Of a stretch of DNA of 64,000 nucleotides, positions 56,138-64,000 are shown piece by piece. Below the pieces are notes generated by a model that saw nothing but the letters and a program-made list of their open reading frames with translations, had not been told where the DNA came from and ran no database searches. Numbering within the stretch: the stretch's first letter is position 1; every line of letters starts with the position of its first letter. Position numbers and translations under genes: made by a program. The stretch spans positions 2,678-66,677 of the forward strand of contig JBGCFN010000036.1 in NCBI GenBank assembly GCA_045106935.1. Reading direction: 5' to 3'. The stretch comes from Gammaproteobacteria bacterium (GTDB taxonomy: Bacteria > Pseudomonadota > Gammaproteobacteria > UBA4575).

Positions 56138-56308
56138 ATGCGCTTAAGATTTGCCAGCACTTGTCTATCTATCACACTAATGATTATTGCTGCGCCTGCA
56201 TCTGCCCATTCTGGACATACTAATATCATTCACAACCATTCTGGTATCGAATATTTATTAGTTTTATTTGTTATTGCGGGCATTATTTACCATCACTTTA
56301 AACACTAG
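56138..56308 (+). CDS. His-rich single-pass mini-protein, 56 aa. Not in the ORF track.
   Basis: Sequence MRLRFASTCLSITLMIIAAPASA/HSGHTNIIHNHSGIEYLLVLFVIAGIIYHHFKH. AGGAG SD 6 nt upstream. Fills the urtE-ureD gap. Confidence 0.5.
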   Translation: MRLRFASTCLSITLMIIAAPASAHSGHTNIIHNHSGIEYLLVLFVIAGIIYHHFKH

Positions 56309-56318
56309 TCACCTGACA

Positions 56319-57170
56319 ATGGCGGCAACGGCGATACCTTCTGAAAGCACAGTTAGCTGGAAAGCTACACTGGATTTATCATTTGCTAATAAGAAGAATA
56401 AAACAATACTGACCGGCAAGAAGCACTCAGGTCCACTTATGGTTCAAAAACCATTTTATCCTGAGACAAACGGCTGCTGTCATATTTATTTGATACATCC
56501 GCCTGGAGGTATTGTTGGTGGTGATTCACTCAATCTGAATGCTCATCTTGAAAAAGACACACACGCTTTAATCACTACACCAGCAGCTACCAAGTTCTAT
56601 CGTAGTACCGGGATACAAGCTAGCCAATGCCAAACAATAGATTTAGAGGAAAATGCCATATTAGAGTGGCTCCCTCAAGAAACAGTATATTTCAATGAGA
56701 CTAACGCATTTTCTTCAACGAGAATCAACACAAATAACAGCAATCAATTTTTCGCATGGGAAATTCAATGTTTAGGCTTGCCTGCACAAAAAGATTATTT
56801 TGTTGCAGGCAAATGCCGTCAAAAATTAGAAATATGGAGAAATAATAGACCCATCTTGCTAGAGACCAACCGACTTATTGGTGGGGACAAATTACTTGAT
56901 TCAAGTTGGGGACTTCAAGGACATAAAGCTATCGGTACGTTCGTCATTTCAGATATTAACTCAACAATAGATATTGATACCGTCAACAACATTTCACTTA
57001 GATTCAAAAATCTAAGCAATTCTCACACATCATTGAATGGGCTATTTATTATAAGAGCAATGAGCGCTTTCGCAGAAGTTGTAAAAGAATTTTTTGCAGA
57101 GCTTTGGCAAATACTAAGGCCACAGGTTCTTCAATTAGAATCAAGCACTCCTAGAATTTGGCATACTTAA
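56319..57170 (+). CDS. ureD: Urease accessory protein UreD.
   Basis: UreD-like LIHPPGGIVGGDSL. I prefer the ATG at 56319, because the TTG-extended track ORF overlaps the mini-ORF. Confidence 0.85.
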   Translation: MAATAIPSESTVSWKATLDLSFANKKNKTILTGKKHSGPLMVQKPFYPETNGCCHIYLIHPPGGIVGGDSLNLNAHLEKDTHALITTPAATKFYRSTGIQASQCQTIDLEENAILEWLPQETVYFNETNAFSSTRINTNNSNQFFAWEIQCLGLPAQKDYFVAGKCRQKLEIWRNNRPILLETNRLIGGDKLLDSSWGLQGHKAIGTFVISDINSTIDIDTVNNISLRFKNLSNSHTSLNGLFIIRAMSAFAEVVKEFFAELWQILRPQVLQLESSTPRIWHT

Positions 57171-57188
57171 TTTTACATAGGAACAAGC

Positions 57189-57491
57189 ATGGAATTATCA
57201 CCAAGAGAAAAAGACAAATTATTATTATTCACTGCTGGACTTTTAGCTGAACGACGTAAAAATAAAGGCATAAAATTAAATTATCCAGAAACAATTGCAT
57301 ATATCTCTTGCGCAATTTTAGAAGGAGCACGAGAAGGAAAAAGAGTAGCAGAGCTCATGGAAGAAGGCAGACACTTACTAACACAAAATGACGTGATGGA
57401 TGGTATTGCCGAAATGGTTCACGATGTTCAAGTCGAAGCAACCTTCCCTGATGGCACTAAACTAGTCACTGTGCATAATCCTATTACTTAA
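57189..57491 (+). CDS. ureA: Urease gamma subunit.
   Basis: [23 protein letters not shown]... Confidence 0.95.
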   Translation: MELSPREKDKLLLFTAGLLAERRKNKGIKLNYPETIAYISCAILEGAREGKRVAELMEEGRHLLTQNDVMDGIAEMVHDVQVEATFPDGTKLVTVHNPIT

Positions 57492-57507
57492 CCTTGGACA
57501 TAAAAAT

Positions 57508-57828
57508 ATGATACCTGGCGAATTAATTGCACAACCCGGCGAAATTGAATTGAATAAAGGTCGCAGAAAATTAACTATCACTGTCGCAAACACTGGAGAT
57601 AGACCAATTCAAGTTGGCTCTCACTATCATTTTTACGAGACTAACAGCGCACTAATTTACGATCGTGAAAGCACTTTAGGTATGCGCTTAGATATTGCAG
57701 CAGGCACTGCAGTACGTTTTGAGCCAGGTCAAGAAAGAACAATCGAACTCGTTGAAATTGATGGCAGCAAAATAATTTATGGATTTAATGCAAAAGTAAT
57801 GGGAAAGGTGACAAAAAACCATGGCTAA
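57508..57828 (+). CDS. ureB: Urease beta subunit.
   Basis: MIPGE...[23 protein letters not shown]. Confidence 0.95.
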   Translation: MIPGELIAQPGEIELNKGRRKLTITVANTGDRPIQVGSHYHFYETNSALIYDRESTLGMRLDIAAGTAVRFEPGQERTIELVEIDGSKIIYGFNAKVMGKVTKNHG

Positions 57829-59524
57829 GATAAGTAGACAAGCATATGCAGAAATGTTCGGACCCACTGTGGGTGACAAAATCCGTCTAGGTGATACTGA
57901 CTTATTTATTGAAGTTGAAAAAGATTACGCAACTTTTGGTGAAGAAGTAAAATTTGGAGGCGGCAAAGTTATTCGTGATGGTATGGGGCAAAGTCAATTA
58001 TGTTCAAAAGATGTGGTTGATACAGTCATTACCAATGCTCTAATTCTTGATCATTGGGGTATAGTGAAAGCAGATATTGGCATTAAAGAAGGGAGAATTG
58101 TTGGTATTGGTAAAGCAGGAAACCCAGATATTCAACCAGATGTCACCATCGCTATTGGACCTGGTACGGAAGCCATAGCAGGTGAAGGACAAATTATCAC
58201 CGCGGGCGGTATTGATGCACATATTCATTTTATTTGCCCACAACAGATCGAAGAAGCATTAATGTCAGGCGTCACCACTATGTTAGGTGGCGGGACAGGC
58301 CCTGCCACTGGGACAAATGCAACTACCTGCACTCCGGGACCATGGAACATTTATAAAATGCTAGAAGCCGCTGATGCGTTTCCCATGAACCTAGGTTTTC
58401 TTGGCAAAGGTAATGCCAGCCTCCCTGAGGCATTAGAAGAACAAGTGGCTGCAGGTGCGATGGGGCTGAAACTGCATGAAGACTGGGGAACTACACCAGC
58501 ATCTATTGATAATTGCTTAAGTGTCGCAGAAAAGTATGATATTCAAGTCGCTATTCATACAGATACACTAAATGAATCAGGCTTTGTAGAAGATACAATC
58601 GCAGCATTTAAAGGCCGCGCAATACATACTTATCATACAGAAGGCGCTGGCGGCGGACATGCTCCTGATATTATAAAAGCCTGTGGTGAAGCCAATGTAT
58701 TGCCTTCAAGTACCAATCCAACTCGTCCATACACGGTCAATACAATTGATGAACATTTAGATATGTTAATGGTTTGTCATCATCTAGATACAAAAATACC
58801 AGAGGATGTTGCTTTTGCTGAATCAAGAATTCGAAAAGAAACGATTGCTGCTGAAGATATATTTCATGACTTAGGTGCATTTAGCATGATCGCTTCAGAC
58901 TCACAAGCAATGGGCCGCGTCGGCGAAGTGATTTGTCGCACATGGCAAACAGCGGACAAAATGAAAAAACAACGTGGCGCACTTGAAGAAGATAGCGCTG
59001 ACAATGATAACAATCGCGCAAAACGCTATATTGCAAAATATACAATCAACCCAGCTATTACACATGGAATTTCCCACGAAGTTGGCTCTGTTGAAGTTGG
59101 CAAACTAGCAGACTTAGTATTATGGAAACCAGCATTTTTTGGAGCTAAACCTTCATTAATTATCAAAGGTGGATTCATTGCAGCCGCACCCATGGGAGAT
59201 CCAAATGCCTCAATTCCAACACCTCAACCTGTCCATTATCGTTACATGTTTGGCGCGCATGGGAGTGCAACTCATAAAACGAGTTATACATTTGTATCAC
59301 AAGCCGCTATCGAAAATGATATTGAAAAAACCTTATCATTACATAAGCGTTGTGTCGCCGTTAAAAATACACGCTCAATCAGAAAAAAAGATTTAATCAA
59401 CAATACATATCAACCAAAAATTGAAGTAGATCCACAAACCTATGAAGTTCGCGCTGATGGAAAGCTTCTTACATGTGAGCCTGCAGAAATAGTATCGCTC
59501 GCTCAACGATATTTTCTGTTCTAA
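57821..59524 (+). CDS. ureC: Urease alpha subunit.
   Basis: [45 protein letters not shown]. Confidence 0.97.
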   Translation: MAKISRQAYAEMFGPTVGDKIRLGDTDLFIEVEKDYATFGEEVKFGGGKVIRDGMGQSQLCSKDVVDTVITNALILDHWGIVKADIGIKEGRIVGIGKAGNPDIQPDVTIAIGPGTEAIAGEGQIITAGGIDAHIHFICPQQIEEALMSGVTTMLGGGTGPATGTNATTCTPGPWNIYKMLEAADAFPMNLGFLGKGNASLPEALEEQVAAGAMGLKLHEDWGTTPASIDNCLSVAEKYDIQVAIHTDTLNESGFVEDTIAAFKGRAIHTYHTEGAGGGHAPDIIKACGEANVLPSSTNPTRPYTVNTIDEHLDMLMVCHHLDTKIPEDVAFAESRIRKETIAAEDIFHDLGAFSMIASDSQAMGRVGEVICRTWQTADKMKKQRGALEEDSADNDNNRAKRYIAKYTINPAITHGISHEVGSVEVGKLADLVLWKPAFFGAKPSLIIKGGFIAAAPMGDPNASIPTPQPVHYRYMFGAHGSATHKTSYTFVSQAAIENDIEKTLSLHKRCVAVKNTRSIRKKDLINNTYQPKIEVDPQTYEVRADGKLLTCEPAEIVSLAQRYFLF

Positions 59525-59536
59525 TAAAATTTATAT

Positions 59537-60004
59537 GTGATGATTCAAATAACACAAAAAATTGACTTTAGTGTAGAAACACAATTGTCATTAACATTAC
59601 CATTTGATTCCAGACAGAAAGCCAGGTTACACACACAACTAGACAGTGGAGAGGAAGCAGGTTTATTTTTACCACGCGGTATAATTTTACGAGGTGGGGA
59701 TTTACTACAAGCAGAAACAGGCGAAATCATTAAAATCATTTCAGCCAACGAAGAAGTTAGCACTGTCACTTCAAATAGCTCTTTGCAATTAATGCGTGCA
59801 AGTTATCATTTAGGTAATCGTCATGTTCCACTAGAAGTGACACCAAACTATTTAAGATTCCATTATGATCATGTCCTAAATGAAATGCTAGAACATTTAA
59901 ATCTTACCGCGATTAAAGAACTTGCTCCATTTGAGCCGGAGTCAGGCGCCTACTCAAAAACCAATAATCATAATCATAGCCACACACATCATCACCATGA
60001 GTAA
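59537..60004 (+). CDS. ureE: Urease accessory protein UreE (His-rich tail).
   Basis: UreE fold motif LGNRHVP. C-terminal NNHNHSHTHHHHE. Confidence 0.9.
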   Translation: MMIQITQKIDFSVETQLSLTLPFDSRQKARLHTQLDSGEEAGLFLPRGIILRGGDLLQAETGEIIKIISANEEVSTVTSNSSLQLMRASYHLGNRHVPLEVTPNYLRFHYDHVLNEMLEHLNLTAIKELAPFEPESGAYSKTNNHNHSHTHHHHE

Positions 60005-60665
60005 CATTTCATTACTTCAGCTTCTACGAATATGTAGCCCCACTCTGCCAATTGGCAGCTACGCCTACTCACAAGGCTTAGAGACAGCTTGTCATAATGA
60101 ATATGTTGATGATCAAGAAAGTCTTAACGAATGGATAAAGGGGATGTTAGCAAACAGCTTTGAATATCTAGATATTCCAGTCTTTTCTCGACTATATGAG
60201 GCGCATAACACTCAAAACTTCGATGCTGTCTGCGAATGGAATGATTACATTTTAGCATCACGAGAAACAAGTGAATTATTATTAGAAGATACACAAATGG
60301 GCGGCGCACTAGCTCGATTACTTGTGGATTTAGGAATAACCGAATCACTGCATTGGAAAAAAAACCAATGTTCATTATTAACAACATTTAGCTTAGCATG
60401 CGTGAAGTGGGAAATTGACAAAACAACATCAACGCAAGGTTTAGTATGGAGTTGGTGTGAAAATCAAGTAGGAATTGGTGTTAAATTAATTCCTCTAGGC
60501 CAAACAAGCGGACAAATAATATTATCAAATCTTATGACAAGTATTCATGACAGTGTTACTAATGGATTACTCCTAGAAGACAACATGATTGGCGCAACAT
60601 GTCCAGGTGCAATTATGGCCAGCATGCAACATGAGCAACAGTATACTCGTCTTTTTCGTTCTTAA
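59997..60665 (+). CDS. ureF: Urease accessory protein UreF.
   Basis: LLQLLRICSPTLPIGSYAYSQGLE. The ATG at 59997 overlaps the ureE stop by 8 nt. The track ORF is over-extended. Confidence 0.9.
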   Translation: MSNISLLQLLRICSPTLPIGSYAYSQGLETACHNEYVDDQESLNEWIKGMLANSFEYLDIPVFSRLYEAHNTQNFDAVCEWNDYILASRETSELLLEDTQMGGALARLLVDLGITESLHWKKNQCSLLTTFSLACVKWEIDKTTSTQGLVWSWCENQVGIGVKLIPLGQTSGQIILSNLMTSIHDSVTNGLLLEDNMIGATCPGAIMASMQHEQQYTRLFRS

Positions 60666-60692
60666 TTTAAATATACATTCAAACAAATCAAT

Positions 60693-61304
60693 ATGACTAC
60701 AAATAAACAAGTACTTAGAATTGGCGTCGGCGGCCCAGTCGGCTCAGGTAAAACTGCATTACTACGACTATTATGCATGCATATGCGTGATGATTATCAA
60801 ATCGCCGCAGTTACTAACGATATATACACACGCGAAGATGCAGATTTTCTGATTCGCCATAAAGCGCTAGAAAAAGATCGAATTGTTGGAGTAGAAACTG
60901 GTGGTTGCCCTCATACCGCTATTCGCGAAGATGCCTCAATGAATCTTTCAGCTGTAGAGAGTTTATGTGAAACATTTGGAGAATTAGATTTTGTATTTAT
61001 TGAAAGTGGTGGAGATAATCTAAGCGCAACATTTAGTCCAGAATTATCAGATTTAACAATTTATGTTATCGATGTGGCAGCAGGAGAAAAAATTCCACGT
61101 AAAGGTGGCCCAGGAATTACTAAATCGGATTTATTAATTATAAATAAAATAGATTTAGCACCATTAGTAGGCGCTTCACTGGAAGTGATGGATCGTGATG
61201 CAAAAAAAATGAGAGGTGATAAGCCTTTCTTATTTACAAATCTAAAAGAAGAAACTGGACTTGATGAAGTAATAAACTTCATCAAGCAGCATGGAATGAT
61301 CTAA
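60693..61304 (+). CDS. ureG: Urease accessory GTPase UreG.
   Basis: [10 protein letters not shown]-loop, ETGGCPH, ESGGDNL, NKIDL. Confidence 0.95.
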   Translation: MTTNKQVLRIGVGGPVGSGKTALLRLLCMHMRDDYQIAAVTNDIYTREDADFLIRHKALEKDRIVGVETGGCPHTAIREDASMNLSAVESLCETFGELDFVFIESGGDNLSATFSPELSDLTIYVIDVAAGEKIPRKGGPGITKSDLLIINKIDLAPLVGASLEVMDRDAKKMRGDKPFLFTNLKEETGLDEVINFIKQHGMI

Positions 61305-61522
61305 CTATCTTCAGTATTAGGCACGACATCTTCGCGCATCATTTCTAAAGTACTAGGATATTCAGATTCGTCAAATTCATACATCAATGATTCTCTGTAA
61401 TACTCTACGACTTTATTTACTTTGCCGATTAATTCCTGAGTAGTGAGATTTCTATTTTCTTTTTGTCTGTCCAAAAAGTCTAGAATCATCTGCTCTAATG
61501 TGTTTTTGCCAAAATATTCCAT
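61301..61522 (-). CDS. Acidic hypothetical protein, 73 aa.
   Basis: ORF only. Its stop overlaps the ureG stop by 4 nt (convergent). Confidence 0.35.
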   Translation of the reverse strand: MEYFGKNTLEQMILDFLDRQKENRNLTTQELIGKVNKVVEYYRESLMYEFDESEYPSTLEMMREDVVPNTEDS

Positions 61523-61621
61523 ACCGCAAATTCTACGTTGATAGATAACATATAGATAATACGCTCATTAAATCCACAATAATGACCAAATATCCTATAT
61601 TCTAAGACGTTTATACCGATA

Positions 61622-62032
61622 TCAATTAGCCAACATGCTGTTTTCAGCATGCCTATGAGCATTATTATGTAAAGTCAAAATCAGATCAGCTTCTGAATCC
61701 GTCAACCCACATGCTTCTTGAATTTCTTGTTTATCACATCCACGCTTTGCCAATACAATTGCAGTGGAGTATGGAACTTCGGGTTCAACAGCTTCTGGGC
61801 GTAAATCCATTGTAGCCGTCATGTTATCTAGCTTGCTTTCAAGGTCTTGAATATGCTGCTTCATCATTTGGCAATGATCCATCGCCATTGCGTAATCAGC
61901 ACGTAACCCATCAATTTGATTAATATAAGAAGGTTTTTTAGCAAAAAATGTGTTTATAAATGTAGATGATATTCTCTCAATGAAAGTAGGTTTAGTAGAA
62001 AATAATTCATCATCAGAAATTGAGTAATTCAT
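61622..62032 (-). CDS. DUF2802-family protein (associated with flagellar/chemotaxis clusters).
   Basis: C-terminal YSTAIVLAKRGCDKQEIQEACGLTDSEADLILTLH matches the DUF2802 HTH-like signature. Lies downstream of fliA. Confidence 0.6.
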   Translation of the reverse strand: MNYSISDDELFSTKPTFIERISSTFINTFFAKKPSYINQIDGLRADYAMAMDHCQMMKQHIQDLESKLDNMTATMDLRPEAVEPEVPYSTAIVLAKRGCDKQEIQEACGLTDSEADLILTLHNNAHRHAENSMLAN

Positions 62033-62042
62033 TTTTTATCCT

Positions 62043-62201
62043 TTATGCAAAGTCATCAAAGACATGTTCGTTGTTTGTTGTAGATTCATGATTATTGTTA
62101 GATTGTCTCTTTTTCTTTTTTTCACTATTATTTTTACGATTAGGCTCGTATTTCAATCTCGCAAGCGAAGGTGTCACAGGTTTAATTCGATTGTCGTCCA
62201 T
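62043..62201 (-). CDS. Small basic hydrophilic protein, 52 aa. Not in the ORF track.
   Basis: Sequence MDDNRIKPVTPSLARLKYEPNRKNNSEKKKKRQSNNNHESTTNNEHVFDDFA. GGAG SD 8 nt upstream. Fills the fliA-DUF2802 gap. Confidence 0.35.
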   Translation of the reverse strand: MDDNRIKPVTPSLARLKYEPNRKNNSEKKKKRQSNNNHESTTNNEHVFDDFA

Positions 62202-62265
62202 GAGTATGCTCCATTAAATTCACATACCTCACACAATGTTTTAATTACACGACTCACGATACTTA

Positions 62266-62997
62266 CTACTTAATATTATCGAAGCTATTTTGAACTTTAG
62301 ATCGAATAGTTATAAGCGCTTTACCGTGAATTTGTGATACTCGCGATTCACTAACGCCCAACACTTCACCGATCTCTCTCAAGTTCATTTGCTCTTCATA
62401 ATAGAAAGACATAACCAAACGTTCACGCTCAGGCAAATCGTCGATTATCCCTTCTAATGCAAAAGCAAGCTCTTCTCTTTTATAAATTGTTTCGGGTTGA
62501 ACTTTAGTAGACATACTACCGTTATAGTCATGCTCTACTTCACCGTCATCGATACTAAATATCTTAGATACCGATGCATTTCTTAAAATCTGATTAAATT
62601 CATCTAATGAAACTCCCATCTCTTTAGCAATTTCACTATCTGATGCATTTCCAAGCTTTCTATCTTCTATCTTTTTGATTGCTTGATTCATTTCACGTGC
62701 TTTACGATGAACTGATCTAGGTGTCCAATCACCCAGACGAATTTCATCTAACATAGCACCTCGTATTCTTATACCTGCATATGTTTCAAAACTTGCGCCC
62801 TGGGTAGAATCAAAATTCTTAGCTGCTTCCAGTAGACCAAGCATCCCTGATTGAATTAAATCATCAACTTGTACAGAGTCAGGTAACCTACCTTTCAAAT
62901 GATAAGCGACGCGTTTTACTAATGGTGCATGACGAGTGACTAATTCATCTGCAGATGTCTCTTGTTGTACATTCATGTACATTGTGTGAGCATTCAT
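62266..62997 (-). CDS. fliA: Flagellar sigma factor sigma28.
   Basis: Region 2 DDLIQSGMLGLLEAAKNFD, region 4.2 LREIGEVLGVSESRVSQIHGKAL. Synteny with flhG. Confidence 0.92.
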   Translation of the reverse strand: MNAHTMYMNVQQETSADELVTRHAPLVKRVAYHLKGRLPDSVQVDDLIQSGMLGLLEAAKNFDSTQGASFETYAGIRIRGAMLDEIRLGDWTPRSVHRKAREMNQAIKKIEDRKLGNASDSEIAKEMGVSLDEFNQILRNASVSKIFSIDDGEVEHDYNGSMSTKVQPETIYKREELAFALEGIIDDLPERERLVMSFYYEEQMNLREIGEVLGVSESRVSQIHGKALITIRSKVQNSFDNIK

Positions 62998-63025
62998 CCT
63001 TGACTTCCCTTTCCCAACTTTATAG

Positions 63026-63901
63026 TTAATTTATATTTACTAGTTGTTCTGCGAAAAATTCTAAATTCCCAGACGAAAATTCTTCGATCTTTCTACTATT
63101 CATTGTTTTAGCAATCTCTTTGAATGCCTCAGATGATCTTGATCTAGGATAAGCTGCTGTGACTGCTAATTGCCTTTTAACAGCTTTCTTTAAATACGCA
63201 TCATCTGGTACAGCTCCTAAATAAGTAACAGATACATCAAGATACTTATTTATGACTTTTAAAATTTGATTGAACAGCATCTCACCATGTGCTTTTGATT
63301 CAACCTGATTAGAAATAACACTAACCTTATTGACAGCATAATCTCGGCTTAAAACTTTTATCAATGCATAGGCATCAGCGATTGATGCAGGCTCATCACA
63401 CACAACAACAACGACTTCACCTGCCGCCCTTGCAAAATGAACTACACTGTCACTTATTCCTGCAGCGGTATCTACAATCATCACATCTACCAGGTCACCA
63501 ACCTCACTAAAGGCTGAAATCAAGCCACTTTGTTCAAAACTATTCAAGTTAGCCATCCTCTTTACACCAGACGAGGCCGGTACAATTTTTATATTTTCAG
63601 GGCCATCCAATAATATATCCTTTAAGGAGCATTGATTTTCTATGACATGTAAAAGATTTTTTTCTGGTGCCAAGCCTAAAACGACATCTACATTCGCTAA
63701 ACCAAAGTCAGCATCTAGCAACATGACACGTTTATTTAATTTCGAAAAACTAGTGGCAAGATTAATTGAAATATTTGTCTTTCCAACACCACCTTTACCA
63801 CCAGTCACAGCAATACAACGTACTTTGTGATCAACCATAGTTAATTGGGATGAATTCATAATATTTTTTCTAAATGTCGATATGTTAGTCTGTAATTCCA
63901 T
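63026..63901 (-). CDS. flhG: MinD/ParA-type flagellar number regulator FlhG (FleN/YlxH).
   Basis: Deviant Walker A VTGGKGGVGKT, LLDADFGLANV. Confidence 0.88.
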   Translation of the reverse strand: MELQTNISTFRKNIMNSSQLTMVDHKVRCIAVTGGKGGVGKTNISINLATSFSKLNKRVMLLDADFGLANVDVVLGLAPEKNLLHVIENQCSLKDILLDGPENIKIVPASSGVKRMANLNSFEQSGLISAFSEVGDLVDVMIVDTAAGISDSVVHFARAAGEVVVVVCDEPASIADAYALIKVLSRDYAVNKVSVISNQVESKAHGEMLFNQILKVINKYLDVSVTYLGAVPDDAYLKKAVKRQLAVTAAYPRSRSSEAFKEIAKTMNSRKIEEFSSGNLEFFAEQLVNIN

Positions 63902-64000
63902 GCTGATTTAAGCCCTCCAATAGCAGGCTATCATCGGATGAAAGCATTTCATGATCATTATTGTTATCAATTGCTCTCTGTATTAGAGATGATGATTCAA
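63885..64000 (-). CDS. flhF: 3' end of an upstream gene, probably flhF (partial, continues beyond the window).
   Basis: Open frame ...ESSSLIQRAIDNNNDHEMLSSDDSLLLEGLNQHGITD* overlaps the flhG start by 17 nt. The call rests on flhF-flhG-fliA synteny only. Confidence 0.45.
   Translation of the reverse strand, partial: ESSSLIQRAIDNNNDHEMLSSDDSLLLEGLNQHGITD

Noticed and set aside
1-64000. Mobile elements, CRISPR arrays, tRNA/rRNA genes and known phage-defence operons.
   Set aside because: Reading the intergenic regions on both strands, I found no transposase, integrase or recombinase-like ORF, no regularly spaced direct repeats, no cloverleaf-compatible sequence and no recognisable defence gene set apart from the lone NERD protein. 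This by-eye scan cannot exclude small ncRNAs.

Overview
AT-rich chromosomal segment (about 40% G+C by eye, not computed). It looks gammaproteobacterial, possibly a marine sulfur-oxidising lineage; that is inferred from sat, a CbbO-like gene, urease and sigma28 flagellar genes. I call about 78 protein genes. I saw no rRNA, tRNA, CRISPR array, transposase or integrase.

Layout:
- 1-2290: N-terminus of a giant DUF4347-type adhesin that runs off the left edge and is missing from the ORF track.
- 2.6-9.2 kb: nudF, a CPA2 antiporter, scattered molybdenum-cofactor genes (moaE, moaB, moaA with a truncated haemoglobin) and a DASS transporter.
- 9.2-12.7 kb: an accessory-looking patch with a mini SET-domain protein, a DUF2182/DUF1326 pair, a CAP-domain lipoprotein, and a perfect sigma54 promoter driving two tandem paralogous about 33-aa ORFs.
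- 16-21.3 kb: a DUF4139 secreted protein, divergent from a tight VWA / membrane J-domain / NorD-CbbO-like VWA operon that has no AAA+ partner.
- 21-38.5 kb: housekeeping genes (aminotransferase, SPFH/NfeD, csp, prc, moeB, mobAB, gltA, metX, dsbB, mug).
- 39370-41519: the best candidate for a novel system. It is a bufferin-like RiPP operon with a signal-peptide-bearing 12-Cys tandem-repeat precursor, a DUF692 (MNIO) oxidase and a DUF2063 partner.
- 41.5-48.6 kb: cbiX, PilZ, Tat-signal msrB, orphan sat, an ECF sigma/anti-sigma pair, DUF2892, ferredoxin and a membrane NERD protein.
- 49-61.3 kb: a MerR-like regulator divergent from a contiguous urtABCDE-ureDABCEFG block, with an unannotated His-rich mini-ORF between urtE and ureD.
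- 61.3-64 kb: edge of a flagellar cluster (DUF2802, fliA, flhG, flhF 3' end).

All family assignments come from motif recognition by eye. No HMM or BLAST searches were run.
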